From: the human T2T-CHM13v2.0 reference genome, Homo sapiens
NCBI RefSeq assembly: GCF_009914755.1
Contig: NC_060947.1
DNA length: 64,000 nucleotides
Reading direction: 5' to 3' (one strand)
Shown: positions 1 to 11,300 of the stretch, one piece after another
Layout: every line of letters begins with the position of its first letter
How positions within the stretch are numbered: the first letter of the stretch is position 1
The notes under the pieces: generated by a model
What the model was told of the DNA's origin: nothing
The model's input: the letters and a program-made list of their open reading frames with translations, nothing else
Databases searched by the model: none
Made by a program: the position numbers and the translations under genes

Positions 1-3000
1 CTGCATGAGGACCCAAAGCAACACATGGGCCACTTGAAGTTCAGGTGTATAGGTAAGTGAGGATGGTGTCCATACTTCCTGTTGTTCCCATGATTTCACC
101 TCAGGTGTCCTGGTCAGAAATGACAAATGTCCCTGGCACACTAGAAACCGTGAGATTTCCCTCTGCATATTTCAGAGACAATGTCTAACCCAGTGAGCAC
201 AGTGGGACTGCAAATACCAGGTAATGATCTTGGGGTTCCCAGCCACAGCGATTACGCTGGACATTTTGCAGGTGTCTTGTAGAGAGAAATGCTGTTTTCT
301 GGGCCTGCAGCCCTGAGCTTAGGGGGTCCCACCAGCATCCAAGTAAGAGTCCTTCAACGATGGATGCGAGCATTGTGATTTGCATGTGTCCTGTTAGAAC
401 ACTTTGTGTGTTTCTGAGGCATATATCTCAGTGTAGGTTTTCCAGGGTCCCACAAGGAAATCCCGATAAACAGGAGTCAGGATCAGGGAACACGTCTGCT
501 ATCTGGGTAAGTGATGGTGTTCATGGTAAACTCACCACACACCAGGCGATCTCCACATACCTAGGTAAGCAAGGTTCCTTTGCCTGAAGGGTTTATCATG
601 TGATGGGTTAACAGGTATTTTGGTAAGAAAGGGTAGCGGCTCTCCGTTCTCCTCGCCATGTGATCCTATTGATTTCTACCCTGGAAAGAATGTATGATGT
701 ATGTGGTCTGTGAGGGCTGATTGATTGTCACATACCCAGGGAACTCATGTGGCATTGTGCATCACAGGAGTAACTGTGGTGGATTTGCAGGGAAACTGGC
801 CAGGGAAAAATAGTGTGTCCTACAATGGCCTAGACCCTGGAGGGCCTGCAAGCATCCAAATACATTTTTGACTCCCACAGTGATTATACTGAGCAAGGCG
901 GTTTGCAGGATCCTGATGGAAAAGCTGTGTCTGTTGAGCCATTGATCACACTTGCAGTTTCAGGTTCAGGCAGGCAGAAGTCAGAGCATGAGGACAACAT
1001 TGAGGTCTCTCCAGGCGATTTATGGACTCTCGGATTTGGTAGTGATTCAGGTACGAGATGATCATGGCTCTCATCATTGTAGTGACCATGGTATTTTGAA
1101 GGAATGCAAAAACAGATGATGGGCCCGTCCCTGACCATGGTAGTGCCCATGGGATTTTTTAGCTATAGAATGAAAAGATGACAATGACCATCTCCATGGT
1201 AATGTCTGAAATTTTTAAAATATCCAGGTAACAAATGAATGTTTCTGCTTAGGAAGTGAACATAGAATACTGAAGTTACAGAGTTAAGAAATGATGATAA
1301 ACTTCACCATGGGGGTGACCATGATATTTTCTAGATATCGAGATAAGTGAGGATGGTGACCCTAACTTGACTACCAAAATTGAGTTTGCTCAGGTAGGCA
1401 TGAAGGAGCTGATGATGCCGCTTCCCATGTTAGTGAATATGACATTTTGTGGTATTCCAGATATGATGGCGAACCTAATCACAAAATAACCATGAGATCA
1501 TGAGATTGTCAGGGGTCTAGTAAAAAGATGGTGGTCCCCTTAACCATGAAAGTTATGATGAAATTTTGTAAGCCAGTAATTAAGAGATCACAGAGATCCT
1601 AACCGTGATACTGAACAAGGAATTTTGCAAATCACCAGGTAAGAGATGATTGTGTCTCTAAAAATGTGGTGACCGTGGGATTTTGCAGATATCCAATTAA
1701 GGAATAATGTGTTCCTAGAAATTGTAGTACCAAGGTATTCAGCAGTTACCCAGGAAAGAAATGGTATGTCCCTAGCAATGGCATTTAATCTGGGTAATTT
1801 GTAGGTCTCCATGTATGGTAGGTTTTTCTAAATCTGATAGATCTCATGGGCTTCTGTAGGCATCCGCATGAGAGATGATATGTCATAAATTGTAAGTAAC
1901 TGCCACTACCGTAACCAAAGTATTTTATAAGTGTCCAGCTAAGAGCTCTGGCTTTATGTATTTGTTGGATTTATGACCATTTTTTTCTGTGTTTTCATAG
2001 TTTTTTTTCTTTTTTTGAGAGTCTGGCTGAGGTATTGCTGATGCACGCATAAACCACAGCATGCACCATGGGACTGTCCCAGGGACCTGGTTCACTGATG
2101 AGATGTCCCCACACGTCTTCCCGCCGTGATTTCTTTCACAGGTACTCAGCTGAGAAATGATTGAGTCCTTACCAATCCCAGATTGGCCAGGTTTTCCCAT
2201 TTTCTGTTTCAACAAAAGTGTATGCTGAAACCTGTGAGTGTAGAGGGATTGCAGGGAGTCAGGTATTTATCACTGTATTCCCCGCCCCCGTGCTGCCCCT
2301 AGGATGTCTACAGGTGAACAGTCGAGAAACGGTGGTTTTCTGCTATCAGGGTCGACCTGAGATTACTGCAAGTATCCAGGTCGAGTGGGTGTGTCCCCAA
2401 AAGATGGAAATCAAGGTTATTTGTAGGAGTGCTGGTGGAAAACCCCATGTCCTTCTACACATGTGTCTTCTACACATCTGATTTTGCAAGCTGCCAGAGA
2501 AGATATGATGGTGTCTCTAAAAATGTCTAAACATGTGGTGACCACGGGATTTTGCAGATAACCAGTTAAGTAATAATGTGTCACTAGAAATGGTAGTCCC
2601 AAGGTATTTAACAGTTTTTCAGTCACCCAGGAAAGAAATGATGTGTCCTTAGCAATGGCATTTAATTTGGTTAATTTGTAGGTCTCCATGTCTGGTAGGT
2701 ATTTCTATATCTGGTTGATCTCCTGGGCTTCTGTAGGCATCCACATGAGAGATGATGTGTCACAAATTGTAACCAAGTGCCAAGGTATTTTACAAGTATC
2801 TCACTTAAAGCTCTGGTGAATATAAGTTTTTGAAGATACCCAGTAGGGAATGATGTTGGCCTAAGCCGTGGTAATGCCCACGAGTAGTGCCCATATCTTG
2901 GTAACAGGTGGTGTGTGTCTAATTATGGTTGTCACCATGGTTTTTTTGCAAATTCCAGCAACATAATGAAGACAATCTTAACCGCTCTTATGAATATAGG

Positions 3001-3274
3001 ATTTCGCAAGAATTGAGGAAAGAAATAATGTGGGCTTTAACCAAGTAGACATGATTAGATTTTGGGGATTTCTAAATAAGTGATCACGGTGTCCCTAACC
3101 ATGGGATTTTGCAGGTTGTAGTCAATAGGTGATGATGAATTTAACAGTAGGCGCAAACATGGGATTTCTTGATACCCAGGTAAGACATGATGTGGTCCTT
3201 AAACATATTACAGACCATATGATTTTTTAGATACCTAGATAAGCAATAATATATCCTGAAATCTTGATGTTACC

Positions 3275-4305
3275 TTTTTTTTTTCCCATTTAAAAAGTCG
3301 CTCATTCTCAAATATTTGTGCAGGGCTGATTTCAGAGTATAAGAATGCACCAGCGGTTGGCCCAGTGACTCACGCTTTAATCCCTACACTTTCGGAGGCC
3401 GAGGCGGGCAGATCACTTTAGGTCAGGAGTTCGAGACCAGCCTGGCCAACATAGTGAAACCCTGTCTCTACTAAAAGTACAAAATTTAGCCGGGCGTCCT
3501 TGTACATGCCTGTAGTCCCAGCTAGTCGGGAGGCTGAGGCACGAGAATCACTTGAACCCAGAAGGCAGATGTTGCAGTGAGCCGAGGTTGGGCCACTGCA
3601 GTCCAGACTGGGCGACAGAGCGTCTTTGCCCCCATCACCCCACCCCCAAACAAAGAAAGAGTAATGCACCAGAGTCATGAAATAATGATCTTACCACAGA
3701 GGGCGTAAAAAACAAAACCTCAGAAAATATTACCATATTTCGAAAGACTTGTGGAAAATAATTAAGGACCAGGTAGCAGAAATTGTGATCAGAGGAAATA
3801 ACATAAGAATATACTTAAGCGCACAGTACATAGTTGGAGGGAGAACTGTTTATCCTTCTAAAACCGTTACTATGATCAACACAGACAAGAGACACTTCCC
3901 TGAAAGGTTAAATTGTTTCATGAGAAATAAAAGCAACCAAAATGAGCCACATTATCTACAATAGAAGAGACTATATGGAAAAAGTTCTATGGCAAGAGCT
4001 AATTCGTTGGTATACAAAAAGATCCATGAAAAATGACCCAATTTTAGACACATTAGATATTGCAGGCTCAAAAATCAAAGGAACATTTTGAAAGCTAATT
4101 TAAATTTAATTAATTGCTGAATGTCTCCTTGGCTAGTAGTTGAACGATCATTATTTAGTCCCACATCTCTCTCGTCATTTTGTTTGCAAACTGTCTAAAA
4201 GCCTTATTTCCTCATCTCTTTGACAGATGACCAAAATGGATCCTACAGTATAATCACACAGGATAATGTTGGAAAGTATGACTATCTAAATTATTTTTAA
4301 AGGCA
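3275..4305 (-). other. Retrocopied 3' UTR and poly(A) remnant of ATXN3L
   Basis: Non-array sequence between the stop codon and a T-run at ~3275-3284, where array sequence resumes on the left. Confidence 0.7.
3355..3662 (+). mobile_element. Alu (AluS-like) in the ATXN3L 3' UTR
   Basis: Full dimeric Alu; target-site duplication AATGCACCAG at 3344-3353 and 3663-3672. Confidence 0.93.
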
Positions 4306-5373
4306 TTATTTTTCCCCTTTGATTTTCAAATTCTTTCTCATAATTTCTAAAATGGTGTCGACAGCGGCCTGTACTGTGCCTTCACTGATGTCATCACTGA
4401 GATCACTCTCAATTGCTCTCGAACTTGTTGTTGGCCTTTCGTGTAGGTATGAACTGTGGCCCGGCAGATCTGACTGTTGTTGCTGCTGCTTCTGTTCCTG
4501 CTGATGCTTTTCAAAATAGTCTTCTTTTATTTTCTTCGGCTGTTCTGAAGCAGGAGTTACACATGATGTCTTTGGAAGATCTTGCGATGTGTTTCCGGAA
4601 CTACCTTGCATGCTTAACTCAATAGTACTGCGGAGATGTTCATCTTCTCTATTGGTTTCTTGGCGGCTTAGTTCAAGGGCCCTCTGAAAATCCTCCTCAT
4701 CTTGGTCTGATGTTCCAGACTCATCACTTTCTTCTGATACTTTTTCAAGGACTGTTTTATAGACTCTATGCTCTTTTTGTTTTACTAATTTTTTTCCATT
4801 AAGTTTTGGTGTATCCATCTCTTCGACACTGATGATCTGCAGGAGTTGGTCAGCTTCACAGTCTGGCAGATCACCCTTGACAACAAATACAGAATATGCT
4901 TGTTGTTGTAATCGAGCCAAGAAATTTGCAAGGCATGTATCTGATATTAATTCTGGACCCGCCAAGAGAGAATTCAAGTTAAACCAGTGTTTTCCAAATT
5001 TTCTAATAGTAAACCAGTGTTGTTTATAATTACATATAAAAGATCTTTCATTTATAGGATCAATGCCGAGCTTCTGATATTCAGGATTATTGAAATGGAT
5101 GATCTCTAAACCCCAGAACTTCAAGGCATTGCTTATTACCTGAATGGAGAAGAAACCGGTATCATCCATGTTTTCTGAAGGCTGCTGTAAAAATGCAAGA
5201 TACTCTTCACTGGTGACTCCTCCTTCTGCCATTCTCATCCTCTCTTCTTCATCTAGCTGATGTGCAATTGAGGCTAATTCCACAGGGCTAAAATATTCTC
5301 CTTGCAATAGATTGTTCAGACAGTGCTGAGCACACAGGAAACCTTCCTGTTTCTCATGAAAGATGAAATCCAT
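4306..5373 (-). CDS. ATXN3L: Ataxin-3-like protein (Josephin-domain deubiquitinase), intronless retrogene, 355 aa
   Basis: ORF MDFIFHEKQEGFLCAQHCLNNLLQG... with the Josephin catalytic triad C14/H119/N134, UIM-like segments, a short Q-rich tract and a C-terminus matching the 3-UIM ATXN3 isoform. No introns. Confidence 0.98.
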   Translation of the reverse strand: MDFIFHEKQEGFLCAQHCLNNLLQGEYFSPVELASIAHQLDEEERMRMAEGGVTSEEYLAFLQQPSENMDDTGFFSIQVISNALKFWGLEIIHFNNPEYQKLGIDPINERSFICNYKQHWFTIRKFGKHWFNLNSLLAGPELISDTCLANFLARLQQQAYSVFVVKGDLPDCEADQLLQIISVEEMDTPKLNGKKLVKQKEHRVYKTVLEKVSEESDESGTSDQDEEDFQRALELSRQETNREDEHLRSTIELSMQGSSGNTSQDLPKTSCVTPASEQPKKIKEDYFEKHQQEQKQQQQQSDLPGHSSYLHERPTTSSRAIESDLSDDISEGTVQAAVDTILEIMRKNLKIKGEK

Positions 5374-8300
5374 GTTAATTGTATCCGTGAGTTTCTGTAG
5401 GTATGCCGGAAGATGTTGTATGCCCAGCTATGGCAGTTACCTGGGCAGTTTGTGGATAGCCATGTAACAGATGTTAGGTTTTCAAACCTTATGAAGACCA
5501 TGGGTTTTTGCAGGTATTCAGGTAAGAGATGGTATGTCACAAAGCACTATTGTGACCAAGGTGGTTTTGCCAGTATCCAGTCAAAAGCTGATGGTAAACC
5601 TAAAGTGAATATGGGATTTTGGAGTTATCCCATAGATGATAATGGTGACTTGCACCATAGTAGTGCCCGTTGGAATTTCAGATGTCCTATAAAAATAATG
5701 TCTCTCTAATTATGCTTGTCAGCATGGTTTTAGTAAGTAAATAAAGGTGAAATTTACCACAGCACTAAACAGAAGATTTGGCAGGTAACTGGGAGAGAAA
5801 TAACATGGGCTTTAACCGAATGGACACCATGGGATTTTGGAACTGTCTGGCTAAGTTATCATGATGTCACTGACCACAATAATAGCCATAGAATTTTGTA
5901 GGTTCCAGTCAATAGATGACAATAAAACTCACAGTGGCAATGAAGATGGGACTTTGCTGGTATCCTAGTTAGAGATTATGTGGACCTGAAAAACATGAGT
6001 GACCAAATGATCTTCAGACATCTAGAAAACTGATGATGATGTCCTGAACTCTTTTCTTATCCATGTGTTTTTACAGGTGTTCAGGTAAGAAATGTATGTG
6101 CCTAACAAAAGTAGTAACCATTAGATTTTACTGTTTTCTAGTTCAGAGACAATCTTTCTCAAACTTAGTAGTGACAAAGATATTAGCAGGTATCCGGGTA
6201 AGATATCACAGAGTTCCTCACCACAGTAGTAACTATGGGATTTTTGCAGGAGTCCAGTGAACAGACAGTGTGTGAAACTACTATGTTGACCTTGGACTTC
6301 TCTTGAGTGTCCAAGTACACTTAGTGGTTGCCCTAATGATTATAGTGAGTGTATGCATGGAATTATCAGGGGTCCAGATGGAAGGACATGTATCCTGACC
6401 AGGGTTGCCACCATATGTTTTCTCAGCAGGTAGTCAAGAGATGATGGTGTCTCTAACTACAACATTGGCCTCAGAACCTTAGGATTCAGGTAGAGTTCAT
6501 GGTTCCCCTAACAATACTAGTCACCATGGGATTTTTTGAGGTGCGTATAGAAGATGTATCCCTAACCACTACTGCTGCCATATGGTTTTGCAAGCTCCTA
6601 TCAAGAGATAATGGTGAAACTCATATTAGTCATTTTTGTAGGAATTTCATGGAATCTAGCTAAGTGATTATGTGGACCTTAAACACAGTACAGACCATCT
6701 GCTCTTCAGACATCGAGGTAAGTGACGATGATGTCCTCAACATGTGTTGGTATCATGTGTTTTGCAGGTATTCGGGTAAAAAAAAATGATACGGGCTCTA
6801 CCAATAAGTATTGGAATCCATGAGCTTTAGCTTAACCAGTTTTCTAGTTTAGAGATATTGTGTGTTTAACTTTAGGAGTGAATGAGGGATTTTCAGGTAT
6901 CTAGGCAAGTGATCATAACTTTCTTCACCACAGTAATGACCTTGAGATTTTTATAGATGCCCAGACAATAAATGACGGTGCCTGTACCAATGTGTTGACC
7001 TTCAGGTTCTGCCAATATCCAGGTAGCATTAATGGGTTTGTAAAGATGGAAGTGACAAAAGTTATTTGCAGATGTTCTGCTAGAAAAAGTTGCATTCTTA
7101 AACACATCTGTCACAATATGTTTTTTCAGGTTTCAGTCTAAAGATCAAGGTAACCCTAACAACGGGGATTAACATGGAGCTTTGCTGGTATCCAGGCAAG
7201 TGATGATGTGGGTCTTATCACACGGTAGACATTGTGACCTTCAGAAGTTTACATAAGTGATGATGATACCTCTAACATTTGTGTTACCGTGTTTTTTTGG
7301 GTTTTTGCAGATATTCAGGTAAGAAATTATAGTGTTCCCATAATTCCTATTTAATAATACACCCTTGCTGCTTACTAGTGCAGAGATAATGTTTTGAAAT
7401 CTGGCTATGACTGAGGGATTTGTAAGTTTCCAAGTAAATTATCGTACTGTTTCTCATCTCAGTATTGACTATGGTATTTTTACAGGTACCCAGTCAAGAG
7501 ATTATGACATATCCATGGTTTTGACCTGGATATTCTGCAAGTATCAAGGTAAAGTTGATGGTTCTCCTACTGCTAGTGATTCTCATGAGATGTGTCATGG
7601 TCTAAATAGAAAAAGACGTATCTCTAACCATGGGCTGCCTTTATGGGTTTTTTAGGTGCTGTCAGTGGATGGTGGTGAAACTAACAATGATAGTGAACAT
7701 GGACTTAGCTAAAAGAGAGGGAAAAGATGGTGTGAGCCTTTACACTTTGGAGAGCTTCAGATTTCAGTTATCTCGGTAAGCGTTGATGGTGCCTGTAATA
7801 CTGTGGTTACAAGAATGTTGTTTTTATCAAGAGGCATTCAGGTAAGGTCAGTGCTAATATAAAGGTGAGAAACCATGTGGCATTTATACACTAGAGACCT
7901 GAATTTCAGATATCTGGGAAATTGATGATGGTGATCATAACTGTAATAGTTACCTGGTTTGGTACAGGTTTGCAGGGAAGAAATGAACTTGCTCCCCTAG
8001 TAAGAGTAAGCATGAGATTTAAAAAAAAATTTTAGTGACAATTTGTACTTAACCCTAGTAGCAGTTGAGAAACCTGCAGGTATCCAGGTAAGATATCACA
8101 CTGTCTGTCACCCCACTAGTGACCATGGGATTTTTGCAGGTATTTCTTCAAAGGAGAGAGGTGTCTTTATTAGGGTTTAACTTCACACCTCTGGAACTAT
8201 CGATGTAGCATTGATGAGTCACAAAAAGAAGTGATCAAGGGTATTTGCAGGTGTCCAGGTATTATAAGAGGTGTATGCTTTTCAGGTTCCTTTCATGAGA

Positions 8301-11300
8301 TTATAGTGAGCTTAACAATGGCCATTAATGGTGGACATTATGAGTATGTGGTAAGTGATGAGGTGTGCTTAATGCACAGCTGAAAATATTTGACCTTGGC
8401 ATAAGAAGGTAAGTGATGAAAGTGCCCCTAACGGTTGTTACAATGTTTGCTCGCTTGTTTGTTTTGAAGATATTGAGATAAGAAACCATAGTCCTTACCA
8501 GTGTTAGGAACCATGAGTTCTTAGTTTTACATATTTTAGAAAATGTATTGTTAACCCCATGGGCACTGAGTCATTGCCATATCCAGATAATTTTCATGGT
8601 GTTCCTCACCACAGTAGTAACCATGGGATTTTTGCAGACATCCAGTCAAGAAACAGTGGCTTCATCTGGCAACATTGTTCACCTTGAGTAGTGCAAATGT
8701 CCAGCTAGAGTGTATATGTCCCATAATGATGGAAGTGACAAAAGTTATTTGCAAGCATCATGCTTAAAAAAGTGTCTTTTCACACATATTTCAAAACATG
8801 TTTTTCAAATTCCTGTCAAGAGATGGTGGTGAACCTAACAATGGTTGTTAACATGGTAGGTGTTGATGTGGGTCTTTCACACTACAGAACATCTAATCTG
8901 CACATACCTAGGTCAGTGATGATGGTGTCCCTAGTACTTGTATTACCATGTTTTTATTTTCAGCTATCAGGCAAGGGCTTTACTAGTATAGAGGTAAGAA
9001 CTAATACGACTTTTATGTAGTAGAGACCTTCCTATTTTGAGATATCCTGGTAATTAACAGTGGTGCTGAGAACTCTGATACTAATCTTGTTTTTTGGCTG
9101 GTTTGCATAGAGGAAATTAGTTTTGTCTAACAGTATAAATAAGCATGAGATTTTACTTTATTGTTATGTAGAGCTAATGTGTATTTAATAATCCTAGTGT
9201 TAGATGGACATGTAGGTATCCAGCTAATTTATCCTATTTTTCATCACCACATAATGACCATGGGATTTCTGCAGGTATCCATGTAAGAGAGGAAAGTGTC
9301 TCTTACTAGATTTTGACATTGGAGTTCTGCAAATGTTCAAGTAATGTTGATGGGTCCCAAAATGACAGAAATGACCAGGGGAATGTGCAGGTGACCAGGT
9401 ATAATCAGATGTATATCAAATATAACATTTTTCGTAATGTGTTTTTCAGGATTCTGTCAGGAGATTATGGTGAGCCCAACAGTGGTAGTTGATGTGGGAC
9501 ACTGCTGGAATATAGGTAACTGATGTGGTAAGTTTAAATCACAGCAAGTCTACTTGATTTTCCTATATCTAGGTAAGTGATTAATGATGTCCCAAATACT
9601 TGTTACTGTGTTTGTTTCTTTTTTCTTTATGTATTCAGTGATGAAAAGTTCTTACTAGTAATAGAACCCATGAGTTCTTTCTTTTTACCTTTTAGGGAAA
9701 ATTTCTTTAACTTTGTGAGTATTGAGGGATTGTCACAGTAATTACCATTGTGTTTCCCACTGCATTCGTAATCATGGGATCTTTGCAGTTATCCAGTCAA
9801 GAAATTATGGTCTTATCTGAAATGGTGTTTACCTTGATGTACTACAAATATTCAAGTAGAGATGATGTGTCCAGTAATATTGGAAGTAACTAAGGTTAGT
9901 TGACAGCATCCTCATAGAAAATAAATTGTGTCCTTTAACATGTATTTTCTAAAGTGTTTTTCATGTTCCTGTCAAGAGAGCATGGGGAACCTAAAGACGG
10001 TGGTTAACATGGGACGTTGCTGGTGTCCAGGTAAGTGATGATGTGAGCCATAGTGGTATTGTTGGCTTCTACTTAGTGTTGTCAGCTTTTGTTTTTTTTT
10101 AAAGTATTCAAGTACGAAATGATAATCTCGTTACTGTTACTATTAACTATGTTGTTTGTTTTATATATTAATGTAAACTTATGTTTAGCCTAGTGAGTGT
10201 TGGATTTGCAGAAATCTAAGTAATTCTTATGATGTCCTGCTTGTCAGATGTAACCCCGGGACTTCTGGAAGTGTGCAGTGAACAGAAAGTGTTTTCACTA
10301 ACAGTAGTGCAGACCATAGAATACTACAAGTAATCAGGTAGAATTGATGGGTCCTGCAATGGAGGAAGCCACCAACTTTGTCCATAGCTGTTCAGGAGGA
10401 AAAAATTGTGTGCATAGGAACATTTGTAAAAATTTGTTCTTCAGGTTTCAGTCCAGAGAACATGATGAACTTCAAAATGGTCATTCACAGGGATTCACCT
10501 GGTGCCCAGGTAAGTGCTGATGTGAGCCTAAACCACAGTACAGGCCATCTGATCTTAGGCCATCTGATCTTCATGTATATAGGTAATGATGGTGTCACAT
10601 TTTTTTGACTATGTGTTTATCGCAACTATTCAGCTAAGCATGAGATAGCCCTTAACAATATGAGGAACCATGAATTTTCACTTTTTTATTCTGTAGAGAA
10701 TGTATGCTCAACCCTTTTAGTGATGAAGAACTGCACATGTCTAGATAACTATCGTGGTGCTCCTCCTCCACTAGTAGCCATGGGAATTTTGAGATTATAG
10801 TCAGGAAATGATGTTTTTATCTGGCAACAGCACTTCCTTGGAGTACTTCAGATATTCAGGTAGAGTAGATGGTTTCTGCATGATGGCAGTTATCAAGGTT
10901 ATTTTCAGGCATCCTGATAGAAAAGGTTGTGTTCTTCAACACATATCTCAAATTATGCTTTTCAGATGCCTATCCAGAGATCACAAAGGACCTAAATATG
11001 TTTGTTAACAGGAGACGTTGCTGGTGTCCAGGTAAGTGATCATATGACATTGACTCATGAGAGAGCTTCTAATTTTCAGATACCTGAGCAGTTAGTGATA
11101 TCCTTAAGACACATATATTAACATTGTTTTCGACATGTGTGCAGTTAGAGAGTTAGTTCCTAACAATACTAGTAAACATGAGATTCTCCTGTATTCTTAT
11201 TTAGAGATAATGCATATTTATCACTCCGAGCAACAGATGAATATGCAGGTATCCAGGTAATTTATAGTCTTATCTATCACCAGGTTATTGGTCATTTTGC

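Noticed and set aside
4319-5029. Plus-strand ORFs overlapping ATXN3L
   Set aside because: Antisense shadows of the real CDS.
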